Below are positions 18,988 through 29,055 of a stretch of DNA of 64,000 nt, piece after piece. The position numbers and the translations under genes are program-made. How positions within the stretch are numbered: the first letter of the stretch is position 1; each line of letters opens with the position of its first letter. Location: NCBI GenBank assembly GCA_045606105.1, contig JAZURI010000007.1:1-64000 (forward strand). The letters are read 5' to 3'. Source of the stretch: Spirochaetia bacterium. GTDB lineage: Bacteria > Spirochaetota > Spirochaetia > CADAEX01. Under the pieces are notes generated by a model. That model had not been told where the DNA came from. It saw nothing but the letters and a program-made list of their open reading frames with translations, and did no database searches.

Positions 18988-20424
18988 ATGGCAGATATTT
19001 CTATCCAGGAAATGTATGAACGCGGAAGAAAAGCTTTCGAGTGGATTGAATTCAAGACACAGGAAGAAGTTGATGAAATCGTAGCAATCGTTGGTTGGCA
19101 GTACATGCAGAAAGAGGTTGCTGAAGAAGGTTCAAAACTTGCTTACGAAGGCTCCGGAATGGGTGTTCAGAAGGACAAATACGGAAAAGCTGGAAAGGTA
19201 AGAGGTATCCTCTGGGATATGAAAGGTGCAAAGACATGTGGTATCATCGCTGAAGATCACGTAAGAGGAATCACAACATGGGCAAAACCAATGGGTGTTG
19301 TTGCTAACGTATGTCCTTGTACAAACCCTTGTATCACAGCTGCTTTCATCGGTCTTACACTTCTTAAGACAAGAAACGCAATGATCTGTTCACCACACCC
19401 AAGAACAAAGCTTGCTACAGTTAACGCTATCCAGTGGGGTAGAAAAGCTCTCAAGGCTATCGGTGCTCCTGAAGACCTCTTCCAGTGTATCGAAGAACCT
19501 TCCAACGAAAAGACAGTTGAACTCATGTCAAAGTGTGACTTCGCTGTAGCTACAGGTGGAAAGGCTCTTATCAAAGTTGTACACATGGCTGGTACACCAT
19601 CTGTAACAGTAGGTGCTGGTAACGTAAGAGCAATCATCGACCCATCAGCTGACCTCAAGAAGGCTGCTATGTGTGTTGCTGCTTCCAAGACATACGACAA
19701 CGCTACATCATGTTCATCTGAAAACGCTGTATCTATCCATGTAAGCGTATACGACGAAATGATCAAATACCTCGAAGAAGAGGGTGGATACCTCCTCGGA
19801 GACGAAGACAGAGAAAAACTCAGAGCTGCTATGTGGCCTGATGGACATACACTCAACAGAGACATCGTTGCTAAGCCAGTTCAGACAATTGCTGACATCG
19901 CCGGAATCAAGGTTCCTGAAGGAACAAGATTCATCATGGTTAAGGGACAGAAGATTGGTCCGGAAGACATGTTCTCAAACGAAAAGCTTTCTCTTATCCT
20001 CACAGTATGGACATGGGAAGATTTCGAAACAGAAATTGCTACACTCAAGAAGAACCTTTACTTCTCAGGTGTTGGTCACTCATGTGCTCTCCACTCAACA
20101 AAACCAGAACAGTGGTACAGACTTGCTGAGTACATCCCTACAGGCCGTGTAAACATCAACATGCCTAACACAGTTGTAAACAGCGGTAGCTGGTTCGCAG
20201 GACAGGAATTCACAACAACAATCGGTTGTGGTACATGGACAGGAAACAGCCACTCTGACAACATCAACTTCAGACACTTCATCAACACAACAAGAATGGC
20301 AGTTCCAAGAGCTTGGTATGTTGCTTCTGATGACGAAGTTTGGGGAAAACACCTTGCTAAGGCTAAGGCTCTTATTGGTGACAACAGAGTTGAAATGCCA
20401 CACAAACCAAAATATCTTGATTGA
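18988..20424 (+). CDS. CoA-acylating aldehyde dehydrogenase, SauS (sulfoacetaldehyde dehydrogenase)-like
   Basis: KPMGVV..PCTNP, SPHPR, ATGG, GAGN, KTYDNATSCSSEN (catalytic Cys), EKLS, GHS, GCGTW; start moved to ATG 18988 for SD spacing. Confidence 0.85.
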   Translation: MADISIQEMYERGRKAFEWIEFKTQEEVDEIVAIVGWQYMQKEVAEEGSKLAYEGSGMGVQKDKYGKAGKVRGILWDMKGAKTCGIIAEDHVRGITTWAKPMGVVANVCPCTNPCITAAFIGLTLLKTRNAMICSPHPRTKLATVNAIQWGRKALKAIGAPEDLFQCIEEPSNEKTVELMSKCDFAVATGGKALIKVVHMAGTPSVTVGAGNVRAIIDPSADLKKAAMCVAASKTYDNATSCSSENAVSIHVSVYDEMIKYLEEEGGYLLGDEDREKLRAAMWPDGHTLNRDIVAKPVQTIADIAGIKVPEGTRFIMVKGQKIGPEDMFSNEKLSLILTVWTWEDFETEIATLKKNLYFSGVGHSCALHSTKPEQWYRLAEYIPTGRVNINMPNTVVNSGSWFAGQEFTTTIGCGTWTGNSHSDNINFRHFINTTRMAVPRAWYVASDDEVWGKHLAKAKALIGDNRVEMPHKPKYLD

Positions 20425-20441
20425 TTTTAATCAATATTTTG

Positions 20442-20469
20442 AAGGCTCCTTTCGGGGAGCCTTTTTTTT
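20442..20469 (+). terminator. Intrinsic terminator
   Basis: AAGGCTCCT-TTCG-GGGAGCCTT followed by a T-run. Confidence 0.85.
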
Positions 20470-20491
20470 ACTTTACTTATAAGGAATAAAC

Positions 20492-21193
20492 ATGATAAAA
20501 GCATTGATTTTTGATTTCGTGCAGACTCTGGGAGATGCTGCCAGCGGATATAAGGACGGAGAAAAGAATTCTCAGAATAAGCTGATAGAAAAATTCGGTA
20601 TTACAGATACAGAAAAGTTTCTTGAAGATTATCGTGCAGTCAGAAAAAAGCATTTTCTTGCAGCCGATTTTTCACGCAGGAATCAGTGGCTTGAACTTCA
20701 GGAAATCTACGGTGTGGATGCCGGAGAGGAATTCCTCGACAATCTTGAAAATGAATACTGGGCATTTGTTATCAATGCCATGAAGCTTTTCCCTGAAGTT
20801 GAAGAGGTTCTTGTTTCCTTAGGAAAGAAGTATAAGCTGGGAATGATCTGCAATTCACAGGTTGACGGTGCATCAAGGGCACTCCAGAGTCCTGAATTCG
20901 GAAGAGCACAGAAGTTCTTCGACCATTGTATCCTGTCCGGAGAAAACGGTGTTCCTGCAAAGCCATCTCCTGTTCCTTTCAACATGATGCTTGAAGCACT
21001 GGATGTAAAGCCGGAGGAGGCAATCTTTATCGGCGATGACTACCGTGTGGATATCGAAGGGGCCACAGGGGCAGGTATCTCTCCTGTATGGCTGAAGCAC
21101 TATTCCGTAAAGAGAAACTGGCCGGAAAACACAATGAATGTACCTGAAATCACAGACCTGAGACAGGTTGCAGAGCTGGACATTCTGAAATAA
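20492..21193 (+). CDS. HAD superfamily (subfamily IA) hydrolase with atypical motif I
   Basis: LIFDFVQTL, ICNS, AKPSP, IGDDYRVDIEGA. Confidence 0.85.
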   Translation: MIKALIFDFVQTLGDAASGYKDGEKNSQNKLIEKFGITDTEKFLEDYRAVRKKHFLAADFSRRNQWLELQEIYGVDAGEEFLDNLENEYWAFVINAMKLFPEVEEVLVSLGKKYKLGMICNSQVDGASRALQSPEFGRAQKFFDHCILSGENGVPAKPSPVPFNMMLEALDVKPEEAIFIGDDYRVDIEGATGAGISPVWLKHYSVKRNWPENTMNVPEITDLRQVAELDILK

Positions 21194-21212
21194 ATATAGA
21201 ATAAAATGGCTC

Positions 21213-21254
21213 TTGACTATAACTAAAGTAGGATGTATCATAAAATTCAGTTAT
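21213..21254 (+). promoter_or_regulatory. LysR gene promoter overlapped by two putative autoregulatory boxes
   Basis: TTGACT(21213)-17bp-TATCAT(21236); half-match ATAAC-TAAAG (21219) and ATAAA-ATTCA-GTTAT (21240-21254), 21 bp apart. Confidence 0.65.
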
Positions 21255-22167
21255 GAATTTATATCATCTGAAAACATTTTACTTTACAGCAAAGTACAAG
21301 AGCCTTACAAAAGCTGCCGAATATCTGTGCATAACCCAGCCTGCGGTTACCAAGCAGATCAAGCAGCTGCAGAGTCACTACAACCTCAAGTTTCTCGATA
21401 TCATCGGGAAAAAAGTCATTCTTACCGATGCAGGGCTGAATCTTTTCACCATAGCAGAAAAAATCTTTGACATGGAATCCCAGGCTGAAGAGGCTATAAA
21501 GGATTTCCAGGAATACAACAAGGGAAAAATAAGTATCCTGGCTTCCGAAAGCTTCGGCTCGTACCATATTCCGTACATTGTCAGCCAGTTCCGGAACACA
21601 AGGCCTGAAATCAGCATTTCCATCCAGACAGCCACAAACAAGTATATAATAGAAAGCATTTCCGAGCTGAAGGAGGATATCGGCTTTATTTCCGCCCCGG
21701 TTCTCAACCCAAAGATATCGGTTCATGAGGTCATGGAGGATGATATAGTTCTGGTTGCAAGCCCGCGGTGTCATTTTTCCAATGTCAAGGAGCTGGACCC
21801 GGCCGATCTTGCCGGCAAGGATATCATAGTCCATGAGCAGGGGTCCGTGGTAAGGAAGGTGGTGGATGCCTATCTCAAAAGAAACCACATCAACACCGGG
21901 GTAAAGTACGAAATTTCCAACAATGAGGCAATAAAGAAGCTGCTTCGTAAAAATATGGGAGTTGCTTTCCTGACAAAAAGCGTTATCCATGAGGAGCTGG
22001 AAAGAGGCTCTCTTATGGCAGTTCCTGTTCCTGACAGGAATTTCAAAAGAAAATATTACATGATATATCACAGTGAAAAATATTTTTCCAAACCTCTTGC
22101 CGATTTCAGGGATCTGCTTCTGAGGTGGCCTGAAATTTTTCCTACATTATTCGGCAGACAGGTATGA
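21253..22167 (+). CDS. LysR family transcriptional regulator (CysL/CmpR-like)
   Basis: LKTF...SLTKAAEYLCITQPAVTKQIKQL..LTDAG; PBP2 domain with E.GS..R. Confidence 0.93.
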   Translation: MNLYHLKTFYFTAKYKSLTKAAEYLCITQPAVTKQIKQLQSHYNLKFLDIIGKKVILTDAGLNLFTIAEKIFDMESQAEEAIKDFQEYNKGKISILASESFGSYHIPYIVSQFRNTRPEISISIQTATNKYIIESISELKEDIGFISAPVLNPKISVHEVMEDDIVLVASPRCHFSNVKELDPADLAGKDIIVHEQGSVVRKVVDAYLKRNHINTGVKYEISNNEAIKKLLRKNMGVAFLTKSVIHEELERGSLMAVPVPDRNFKRKYYMIYHSEKYFSKPLADFRDLLLRWPEIFPTLFGRQV

Positions 22168-22937
22168 AAATTAAAGAACTGATTGATGACATTCTTGAGG
22201 CAGGCGATTTCGCTTACTGTGCCCAGGAGAAGGTAACAAGGGGACTGAAATCTGACGGTTCGGTCATAACAGAGGTGGATCTGGAAATCAACAGCAGGAT
22301 CAGCCGGAGAATCAGGGAGCTTTATCCCGAAGCCAATCTCATAACTGAGGAGGCTGACAGCAGCTACGATCCTTCAAGGGAATATACCTTTGTTCTGGAC
22401 CCGCTGGACGGTACCGATGTTTACAGCCAGGGGATGCCGGGCTGGTGTGTGGCCCTGGGACTGTTACGGAATCTGAAGCCGGTGGCAGGAATCATCTATG
22501 CTCCGGCCTGGGGACCGAAATACGGGAATCTCCTTTATACCGAAGAGGGTGGTGCGGTCTATCACAACGGCATGAAATACGATATTGAAAAGAAGGAATC
22601 GGATTCCATGCATATCCTTATTCCATCCTCCATTCACAAGGAGTATGATTATTCTTCCTTTTCGGGAAAAATCAGGAATACAGGTTCATCTATAATATCC
22701 CTTTCCGGTCTGCTGCTGCACCAGTCGGTAACAGGGGTTATCATCAACCGGGGCTATATCTGGGATATGGCAGCGGCCGATGCAATAATAAGAAAATTCG
22801 GATTCATGCCGGAATATCTTTCCGGTGAAAAAATAGATTATTCAGAAATAACGGACAGAAACAGACAGAAGGATTACGTAGTCTGCGGGTATTCAGCTGC
22901 AGTTTCGGAAATCCGTAAAAATTTTATAAGGAAGTAA
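22164..22937 (+). CDS. Inositol monophosphatase / CysQ (FIG) family phosphatase
   Basis: VITEVD, ITEE, LDPLDGT, IWDMAAA. Confidence 0.88.
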   Translation: MKIKELIDDILEAGDFAYCAQEKVTRGLKSDGSVITEVDLEINSRISRRIRELYPEANLITEEADSSYDPSREYTFVLDPLDGTDVYSQGMPGWCVALGLLRNLKPVAGIIYAPAWGPKYGNLLYTEEGGAVYHNGMKYDIEKKESDSMHILIPSSIHKEYDYSSFSGKIRNTGSSIISLSGLLLHQSVTGVIINRGYIWDMAAADAIIRKFGFMPEYLSGEKIDYSEITDRNRQKDYVVCGYSAAVSEIRKNFIRK

Positions 22938-22938
22938 T

Positions 22939-23418
22939 ATGGCAGAATGTTGCTGCAAAAAGAAAAATCTGCAGGAAGCAGAAGAGATTGTGGCACTGAT
23001 CGGGGGTGCTAAGGAGAGGATTATTCCGCTGCTCCAGGAAATTCAGAAACGAAAGGGATATCTTCAGGAGGAGCTGATAAATGATGTGGCGCAGGTTACA
23101 GGAATCAAGGCTGCTGAATTTTTCAGTGTAGGAACTTTTTATTCACAGTTCCGGTTTACTCCGTTGGGAAAAAACATAATCAAGCTCTGCAAGGGAACAG
23201 CCTGCTTTGTGGCAGGGGCCGATTCTCTCATCGATACGGCTGAAAGCTGTCTCGGAATAAAAAGCGGAGAAACCACACCGGACGGAAAATTTACGCTGGA
23301 AACAGTATCATGTCTGGGCTGCTGCTCGCTGGCTCCGGTGGCTATGATCAATGACAAGGTCTACGGCAAGGTAACCAGGTCAAGACTGGCTGAGCTTATC
23401 AAGGAGTGCGGAGAATGA
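22939..23418 (+). CDS. NuoE/HydC-like [2Fe-2S] subunit
   Basis: TFYSQF, CKGTAC, SCLGCCSLAP. Confidence 0.92.
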   Translation: MAECCCKKKNLQEAEEIVALIGGAKERIIPLLQEIQKRKGYLQEELINDVAQVTGIKAAEFFSVGTFYSQFRFTPLGKNIIKLCKGTACFVAGADSLIDTAESCLGIKSGETTPDGKFTLETVSCLGCCSLAPVAMINDKVYGKVTRSRLAELIKECGE

Positions 23419-25142
23419 AAAAGGAAATAAAGGTAGGTCTCGGCTCCTGCGGTATCGCATCGGGAGCTCAGGAGGTTTACGATTATCTGGAAAAGGAGCT
23501 GGCCGGTTCCGGTATCAGCCTGAAGAAAACCTCATGTATAGGTATCTGTTTCCAGGAGCCTATAGTCGAATATGTTTCCGACAATGAGCACATTTCCTAT
23601 GGAAAGGTGGATGTGAAATTTGCCGGAGAGCTTCTGGCCGGAATCCGCAGCGGTGAACTGCCGGCTTCAAACAGGATTTTCGATGATCCGGGGACAAAGG
23701 ATTTCGTGGGGCCTCAGGTAAAGGTAGCCCTGAAAAACTGCGGAAAGATAGATCCTGAAAACATAGATGAATATATTGAATGCGGCGGTTATGAGGGGTA
23801 CAGGAAGGCCCTGGAGATGACCGGCGACGAAATAATAGATCTTCTCAAGGAATCGGGACTGAAGGGAAGGGGCGGTGCCGGCTTCCTTACCGGTCAGAAA
23901 TGGTTTTTTCTGAAGAATGCCAAGGGTGATAAGAAATACCTTGTCTGCAATGCCGATGAGGGCGATCCGGGTGCATTCATGGACAGAGCCATCCTGGAGG
24001 GAGATCCCCACAGCCTTATCGAGGGAATGCTCATCGGCTCTCTGGCTACAGGGGCGGATGAAGGCTATGTTTACTGCCGTGCGGAGTATCCGCTGGCCCT
24101 GAAAAGGCTGAAGCTTGCCATTCAGGCTGCAGAATCAAGGGGCTTTCTCGGAAAGAATTTTACCCTTCATGTAAAGGAGGGGGCCGGAGCCTTTGTCTGC
24201 GGAGAAGAAACTGCCCTTATTGCCTCTATCGAGGGAAAGCGCGGTATGCCTAACATCAGGCCCCCTTTTCCGGCCGAATCGGGTGTAAAGGGAAAGCCTA
24301 CCAACATAAACAATGTGGAAACCTATGCCAATGTACCTCGTATTCTCTGCGACGGTGCGGAATCCTTCAATAAATACTGCTGCGGAAACAGCTACGGAAC
24401 CAAGGTCTTTGCCCTGGCCGGAAAAGTAAAGAGGGTAGGTCTGGTGGAGGTTCCTATGGGACTTACCATAAGACAGATCGTGGAAGAAATAGGGGGAGGC
24501 TCCTCCACAGGGCTTCCACTGAAGGCGGTACAGATGGGCGGTCCTGCAGGGGGCTGTATTCCCGAAGCCTTGTTTGATACCCCTATTGACTACGCCTCCA
24601 TCGGTGCCACCGGTGCCATCATGGGTTCCGGCGGTATGATAGTCATGGACAGCTCCTCCTGCATGGTGGATGTGGCAAAGTATTTCCTGCAGTTTACCCA
24701 GGCGGAATCCTGCGGAAAGTGTACCTTCTGCCGTATCGGAACCAAGAGGATGATGGAGATTCTTGAAAGAATAACCGAAGGAAAGGGTTGTATGGAGGAT
24801 CTTGAGCTTCTGGAGGAGCTTTCGGAGCTTGTAGGAAAAACTTCTCTCTGCGGTCTGGGTCAGCTGGCCCCAAATCCGGTCAAGACCACACTCCGTTATT
24901 TCAGGGACGAGTATATTGCCCACATTGAAGAGAAGAAATGTCCTGCCGGTGTATGCAGATCCCTTATCACCCTTGATATTGACAAGGAAAAATGTATCGG
25001 ATGCGGTGCCTGCCGCAAGGTCTGCCCGGTTGAGGCCATTTCCGGTGAGATAAAGAAGAGCCATGCCATTGATGCCGGAAAGTGTATCCGCTGCAAGGTA
25101 TGTGTTGAAAAATGCCGGTTCGATGCCATAAGGATTTCCTGA
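23415..25142 (+). CDS. NuoF/HydB-like FMN/NADH-binding subunit with N-terminal [2Fe-2S] and C-terminal 2x[4Fe-4S]
   Basis: GRGGAGF, NADEGDPGAFMDR, AFVCGEETAL, SCGKCTFCRIG, CIGCGACRKVCP; ATGA overlap. Confidence 0.93.
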   Translation: MKKEIKVGLGSCGIASGAQEVYDYLEKELAGSGISLKKTSCIGICFQEPIVEYVSDNEHISYGKVDVKFAGELLAGIRSGELPASNRIFDDPGTKDFVGPQVKVALKNCGKIDPENIDEYIECGGYEGYRKALEMTGDEIIDLLKESGLKGRGGAGFLTGQKWFFLKNAKGDKKYLVCNADEGDPGAFMDRAILEGDPHSLIEGMLIGSLATGADEGYVYCRAEYPLALKRLKLAIQAAESRGFLGKNFTLHVKEGAGAFVCGEETALIASIEGKRGMPNIRPPFPAESGVKGKPTNINNVETYANVPRILCDGAESFNKYCCGNSYGTKVFALAGKVKRVGLVEVPMGLTIRQIVEEIGGGSSTGLPLKAVQMGGPAGGCIPEALFDTPIDYASIGATGAIMGSGGMIVMDSSSCMVDVAKYFLQFTQAESCGKCTFCRIGTKRMMEILERITEGKGCMEDLELLEELSELVGKTSLCGLGQLAPNPVKTTLRYFRDEYIAHIEEKKCPAGVCRSLITLDIDKEKCIGCGACRKVCPVEAISGEIKKSHAIDAGKCIRCKVCVEKCRFDAIRIS

Positions 25143-25143
25143 T

Positions 25144-27195
25144 ATGAGTGATGTTAGACTTAAGATAAATGATATGGATGTAACAGTTCCTGAGGGAACA
25201 ACCATCCTTGAAGCAGCCGTGAAATGCGGCTTTGATATTCCGACCTTTTGCAATGCCAAGGGACTTCATCCTTTTACAAGCTGCTTTGTATGTGCGGTAA
25301 AGATAGAGGGAGGAAAGGGAAACCTGGTTCCTTCCTGTGCCACAAAGGTAAGGGAAGGGATGGTTGTCACTGTTGAAGGGGGCGAGGTTGACAGAGCCAG
25401 AAAAATGTGTATCAATCTTCTGGTTTCGGACCACTGCGGAGACTGTATGCCGCCTTGCCAGTCCACCTGTCCGGCCGAAATTCCTATCCGGGATTTCATG
25501 GAGCTGGTAGCAGAGGGAAAAGAGGCTGAGGCTGCGGTGAAGATCAGGGAAAAGACCCCTTTTGCAGGTGTCCTGGGAAGAATATGTCCCCGTCCGTGCG
25601 AAACCGAATGCCGCAGGAACAGGGTGGATGAACCTATGGCTATATGCCAGATGAAAAGATATATCGCCGACTGCGAGAAAAAGGAGCACGGAGGGCCTCA
25701 GCTTCCTGAGCCTGCTCCTGCTACCGGAAAGAAGGTGGCAATTATCGGGGCCGGACCCGCAGGTATGGCTGCAGCTTATTATCTGCTGCTGGCAGGTCAT
25801 GCCGTTACGGTATTCGAGGCCCACGGTAAATCGGGCGGTATGCTCCGTTACGGAATTCCGTTCTACAGACTTCCTGACCATATCCTGGCCGGAGAATTCG
25901 ATGCTGTTGAAAAGCTCGGTGCAGAGGTCCGCTACAACACCGTCATCGGAAAGGATATCCCGATCAAGGAGCTTGAAAGGGATTATGATGCACTTCTCAT
26001 TGCCACCGGTGCCCAGGGCTCATCCTCAATGAGGATAGAGGGAGAGGAGCTTCCGGGTGTATATTCCGGAATCGAGATTCTCAGACGGGTTGCCGAGGGT
26101 GAAAAGGTTGATCTTGGCAGGAAGACCATTATCATCGGCGGCGGAAACACAGCCATTGATGCGGCAAGAACAGCGGTGCGCCTCGGTTCTGAGGCCATAA
26201 TCCTCTATCGCCGTTCAAGGGCGGAAATGCCGGCCAGCAGCTTCGAAATCGACGAGGCTCTGGAGGAGGGTGTTCAGATTGCATATCTCAACGCACCGCT
26301 GGCAGTACGCAGCTCCGGAAACGGACTTGTTCTTTCCTGTACCGGAATGGAGCTTGGGGAGCCGGACAGTTCCGGCAGACGGGGAACCAGCCCTGTAAAA
26401 GGTTCGGAATATGAGCTTGAATGCAGCTCCGTGATTGCAGCCATCGGACAGAGAGTAATAACTGGTTATCTTGATGACCTGGGTGTGGAAATAACCAAAA
26501 GGGGAACCATCAGGGTAAATCCTGAAACATTGATGACTACCCGTCCCGGTATTTTTGCTGCCGGAGACTGTCAGTCAGGTGCCGATATTGCGGTAAGGGC
26601 AGCAGCTGCCGGCCGAAAGGCAGCATACTCTGTCAATCAGTACCTGGCAGGAGAAAAGGTTACGGGAGAGCCTGTTCTTTTCAACTCCTCCATGGGAAGC
26701 CTTGATGAGGTTCCGGCAGAGCTCTTTGAAGGAAAGGAAAAGGCAGCCCGTGTGAAGATGCCTGTACTTGACAGGGAAACCAGGGAGAGCAGCTTTGATG
26801 AAATCGAAACCGGTTTTTCAGAGGCTGATGCCAGGGCTGAAGCTGAAAGATGTCTCAGATGCGGCTGTGACAAGGCCCATGACTGCAGGCTCAGGGATTA
26901 TGCAACCCGGTACGGTGCCGATGCCCATCTCTTTCAGGGGGAAAGGAGAGGCTACAGCCGCGACGAATCCCACGAGGATATCAGGCTGGAAACAGGAAAA
27001 TGTATCAGCTGCGGCTCCTGCGTAAGGGCCTGTGCAGAGATAAAGGGTCTTACCGTTCTTTCGTTTGACGGCCGCGGATTCAGGACCAGGATGCGTGCCC
27101 CATTCGGTCATTCGCTGGTGGATACCCGCTGTGACGGCTGCGGAGAGTGTGTAAAGGTTTGTCCTACCGGCGCCATGATGCTGAAGAAGGGCTGA
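25144..27195 (+). CDS. [2Fe-2S]-GltD/NfnL-like FAD/NADPH oxidoreductase with C-terminal Fe-S clusters (StnC/NsoC-like)
   Basis: IPTFC..CFVC..SC, PCQSTCP, GRICPRPCE..C, GAGPAG, GGGNTAIDAAR, YRR, CLRCGC..C, CISCGSCVRAC, CDGCGECVKVCP; no H-cluster or Mo domain. Confidence 0.85.
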   Translation: MSDVRLKINDMDVTVPEGTTILEAAVKCGFDIPTFCNAKGLHPFTSCFVCAVKIEGGKGNLVPSCATKVREGMVVTVEGGEVDRARKMCINLLVSDHCGDCMPPCQSTCPAEIPIRDFMELVAEGKEAEAAVKIREKTPFAGVLGRICPRPCETECRRNRVDEPMAICQMKRYIADCEKKEHGGPQLPEPAPATGKKVAIIGAGPAGMAAAYYLLLAGHAVTVFEAHGKSGGMLRYGIPFYRLPDHILAGEFDAVEKLGAEVRYNTVIGKDIPIKELERDYDALLIATGAQGSSSMRIEGEELPGVYSGIEILRRVAEGEKVDLGRKTIIIGGGNTAIDAARTAVRLGSEAIILYRRSRAEMPASSFEIDEALEEGVQIAYLNAPLAVRSSGNGLVLSCTGMELGEPDSSGRRGTSPVKGSEYELECSSVIAAIGQRVITGYLDDLGVEITKRGTIRVNPETLMTTRPGIFAAGDCQSGADIAVRAAAAGRKAAYSVNQYLAGEKVTGEPVLFNSSMGSLDEVPAELFEGKEKAARVKMPVLDRETRESSFDEIETGFSEADARAEAERCLRCGCDKAHDCRLRDYATRYGADAHLFQGERRGYSRDESHEDIRLETGKCISCGSCVRACAEIKGLTVLSFDGRGFRTRMRAPFGHSLVDTRCDGCGECVKVCPTGAMMLKKG

Positions 27196-28650
27196 TTACA
27201 TAATCGGGGAGAGAAGCCTGAAAAAGGAATTTCTCAGCTTCGCGCAGAAGCTGAGGGATTCTGAATATTCCATGGAAACCTCCATGCAGTGCTTCAGATC
27301 CTCATCAAAAATATCTGTCATCTCGGCCGCCTTTTCCGTATCATAAATCATTGTATTTATCTCATAGTTTATGTGGAAGCTTCTCATATCCATGTTGCAG
27401 CTTCCCACCGATGTTATTTCCCTGTCCACCGTAATGGTCTTGGCATGGAGGAAGCCTTTCCTGTAAAGATAGATGTGTACTCCGGCCTTCAGAAGAGGCT
27501 CAAAGTAGGTATGGGCAGCCCAGAACGGTATCCTTTTGTCGGGAACCCCCGTAATCATCAGTTTCACATCCACTCCGCTCAATGCTGCGGTAACCAATGC
27601 ATTCATGAGCCCCTTGTCAGGGATGAAATATGGGGTCTGGATACAGATTTCCTTATTGGCATTGGTTATCATGGTGAAAAACAGCTGCTGGATTGCATCC
27701 CATGGGGAATCGGCTCCGCTGATGGCATACTGGATGGGAAGATGATCAGTGCATTCCCGGCTTTCTGCTGACATATCCGGGAAATAATCGTCCGAAACAA
27801 GAAAGCTTCCGTTGCTGTTTTTCCAGTCTGTAATGAAAATTCCCTGAAGTATGCAGATATTTTCTCCCATAAGCCTGATCTGGGTATCTCTCCAATGTCC
27901 GAACTTTCCTCCGTCTATATATTCATCTCCCACATTCATTCCGCCGGTGTAGGCAATATCTCCGTCAATTATGGCAATTTTCCTGTGGTTTGAATAATTT
28001 ATCCTGAATATGGAGAAAGGGGCCGAAAGATCCAGGAAATATCTGAACTCAATTCCCGCTTCCCTCAGCTCCCGTCTGTATTTTCTCGAAATCCGTCCCA
28101 GGGAACCGACTCCGTCAAACAGAAGCCTTACCTTGACCCCCTCTGCAGCCTTTCTTACAAGGACATCCTTTATCCTGTTGCCTATGTTGTCCGATTTCCA
28201 GATGAAGAACTCCATGTGGATGGAATGCCTTGCTGTTTCCATATCCTCAAGGAGATTGCTGAAGAAATCCCCTCCGTTGGTAAAGACCTTATATTGATTG
28301 CATGTGGTAAGGATGGAATGGTTTGCCCTGAGGAGAAGATTCATCAGCTTGTACCGGTCATTGTTCTCCTCGTCATGCTTTTCCGAGGCACTTATAAACC
28401 GTTTCTGCCCTTCAATTTCCCTGCCGAAATACCTGTTGAACAGCTCCTCCGGATTCTGTGCGGTCAGCTTTCTTTTTTTCCAGTTGATTCCGGCCATGAG
28501 GAAGAAGAAAAGACCCACTACCGGAAGGAATACGAACAGTATGATCCATGTAAGGGCCGATTCGGGATCCCTGTTGTCGAGAATCACAACCAGTATTGCC
28601 AGGACAATATTGATAGCAATAATAATATTGAAGATTTCGAGAGCTGTCAT
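27196..28650 (-). CDS. cls: Cardiolipin synthase
   Basis: Two N-terminal TM helices; two HKD motifs (NHRKIAIIDG, LHAKTITVD). Confidence 0.93.
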   Translation of the reverse strand: MTALEIFNIIIAINIVLAILVVILDNRDPESALTWIILFVFLPVVGLFFFLMAGINWKKRKLTAQNPEELFNRYFGREIEGQKRFISASEKHDEENNDRYKLMNLLLRANHSILTTCNQYKVFTNGGDFFSNLLEDMETARHSIHMEFFIWKSDNIGNRIKDVLVRKAAEGVKVRLLFDGVGSLGRISRKYRRELREAGIEFRYFLDLSAPFSIFRINYSNHRKIAIIDGDIAYTGGMNVGDEYIDGGKFGHWRDTQIRLMGENICILQGIFITDWKNSNGSFLVSDDYFPDMSAESRECTDHLPIQYAISGADSPWDAIQQLFFTMITNANKEICIQTPYFIPDKGLMNALVTAALSGVDVKLMITGVPDKRIPFWAAHTYFEPLLKAGVHIYLYRKGFLHAKTITVDREITSVGSCNMDMRSFHINYEINTMIYDTEKAAEMTDIFDEDLKHCMEVSMEYSESLSFCAKLRNSFFRLLSPIM

Positions 28651-28761
28651 ACATATATAATATAATAAAATTATTCTTAATGCTATTTACAAAATTACAT
28701 AAAGTTGGTAATCTTACTAAACCATTGGTAAATATTTAAGATTTTATATAGAGGTGAAAAA

Positions 28762-28950
28762 ATGGCCAGAAGATGTGATGTATGCGGAAAAGGTGTTATG
28801 TCCGGAAACAAAGTAAGCCATGCACAGAATAAGACAAAAAGAGTATGGAAACCAAATCTCCTTAAAGTAAGAAGTCTCATCTGTGGCAGACTTATCACAC
28901 TTAAAGTTTGTGCAGCTTGTCTCAAGAAAGGCGACATTACAAAAGCATAA
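28762..28950 (+). CDS. rpmB: 50S ribosomal protein L28
   Basis: [30 protein letters not shown]. Confidence 0.96.
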   Translation: MARRCDVCGKGVMSGNKVSHAQNKTKRVWKPNLLKVRSLICGRLITLKVCAACLKKGDITKA

Positions 28951-28971
28951 TTTCCAGACTTTATTTAAGTG

Positions 28972-29009
28972 AAAAAGAGGGTACTGTTTATGTATACCTC
29001 TTTTTTTTT
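28972..29009 (+). terminator. Intrinsic terminator after rpmB
   Basis: AAAAAGAGG..CCTC stem followed by T9. Confidence 0.65.
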
Positions 29010-29055
29010 GCTTTTATAATTAGTATATTTAAGAAAATACTTTGGAGTAAAAAAC

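Noticed and set aside
20492-21193. Canonical phosphonatase PhnX
   Set aside because: Motif I is DFVQT rather than DWAGT, and the Schiff-base Lys cap motif is not evident
22939-27195. [FeFe]-hydrogenase, formate dehydrogenase or respiratory complex I
   Set aside because: No H-cluster motifs, no molybdopterin domain and no membrane Nuo subunits; the third subunit is GltD-like
25144-27195. Glutamate synthase small subunit
   Set aside because: No gltB nearby; extra Fe-S domains and operon context point to a NuoEF partner
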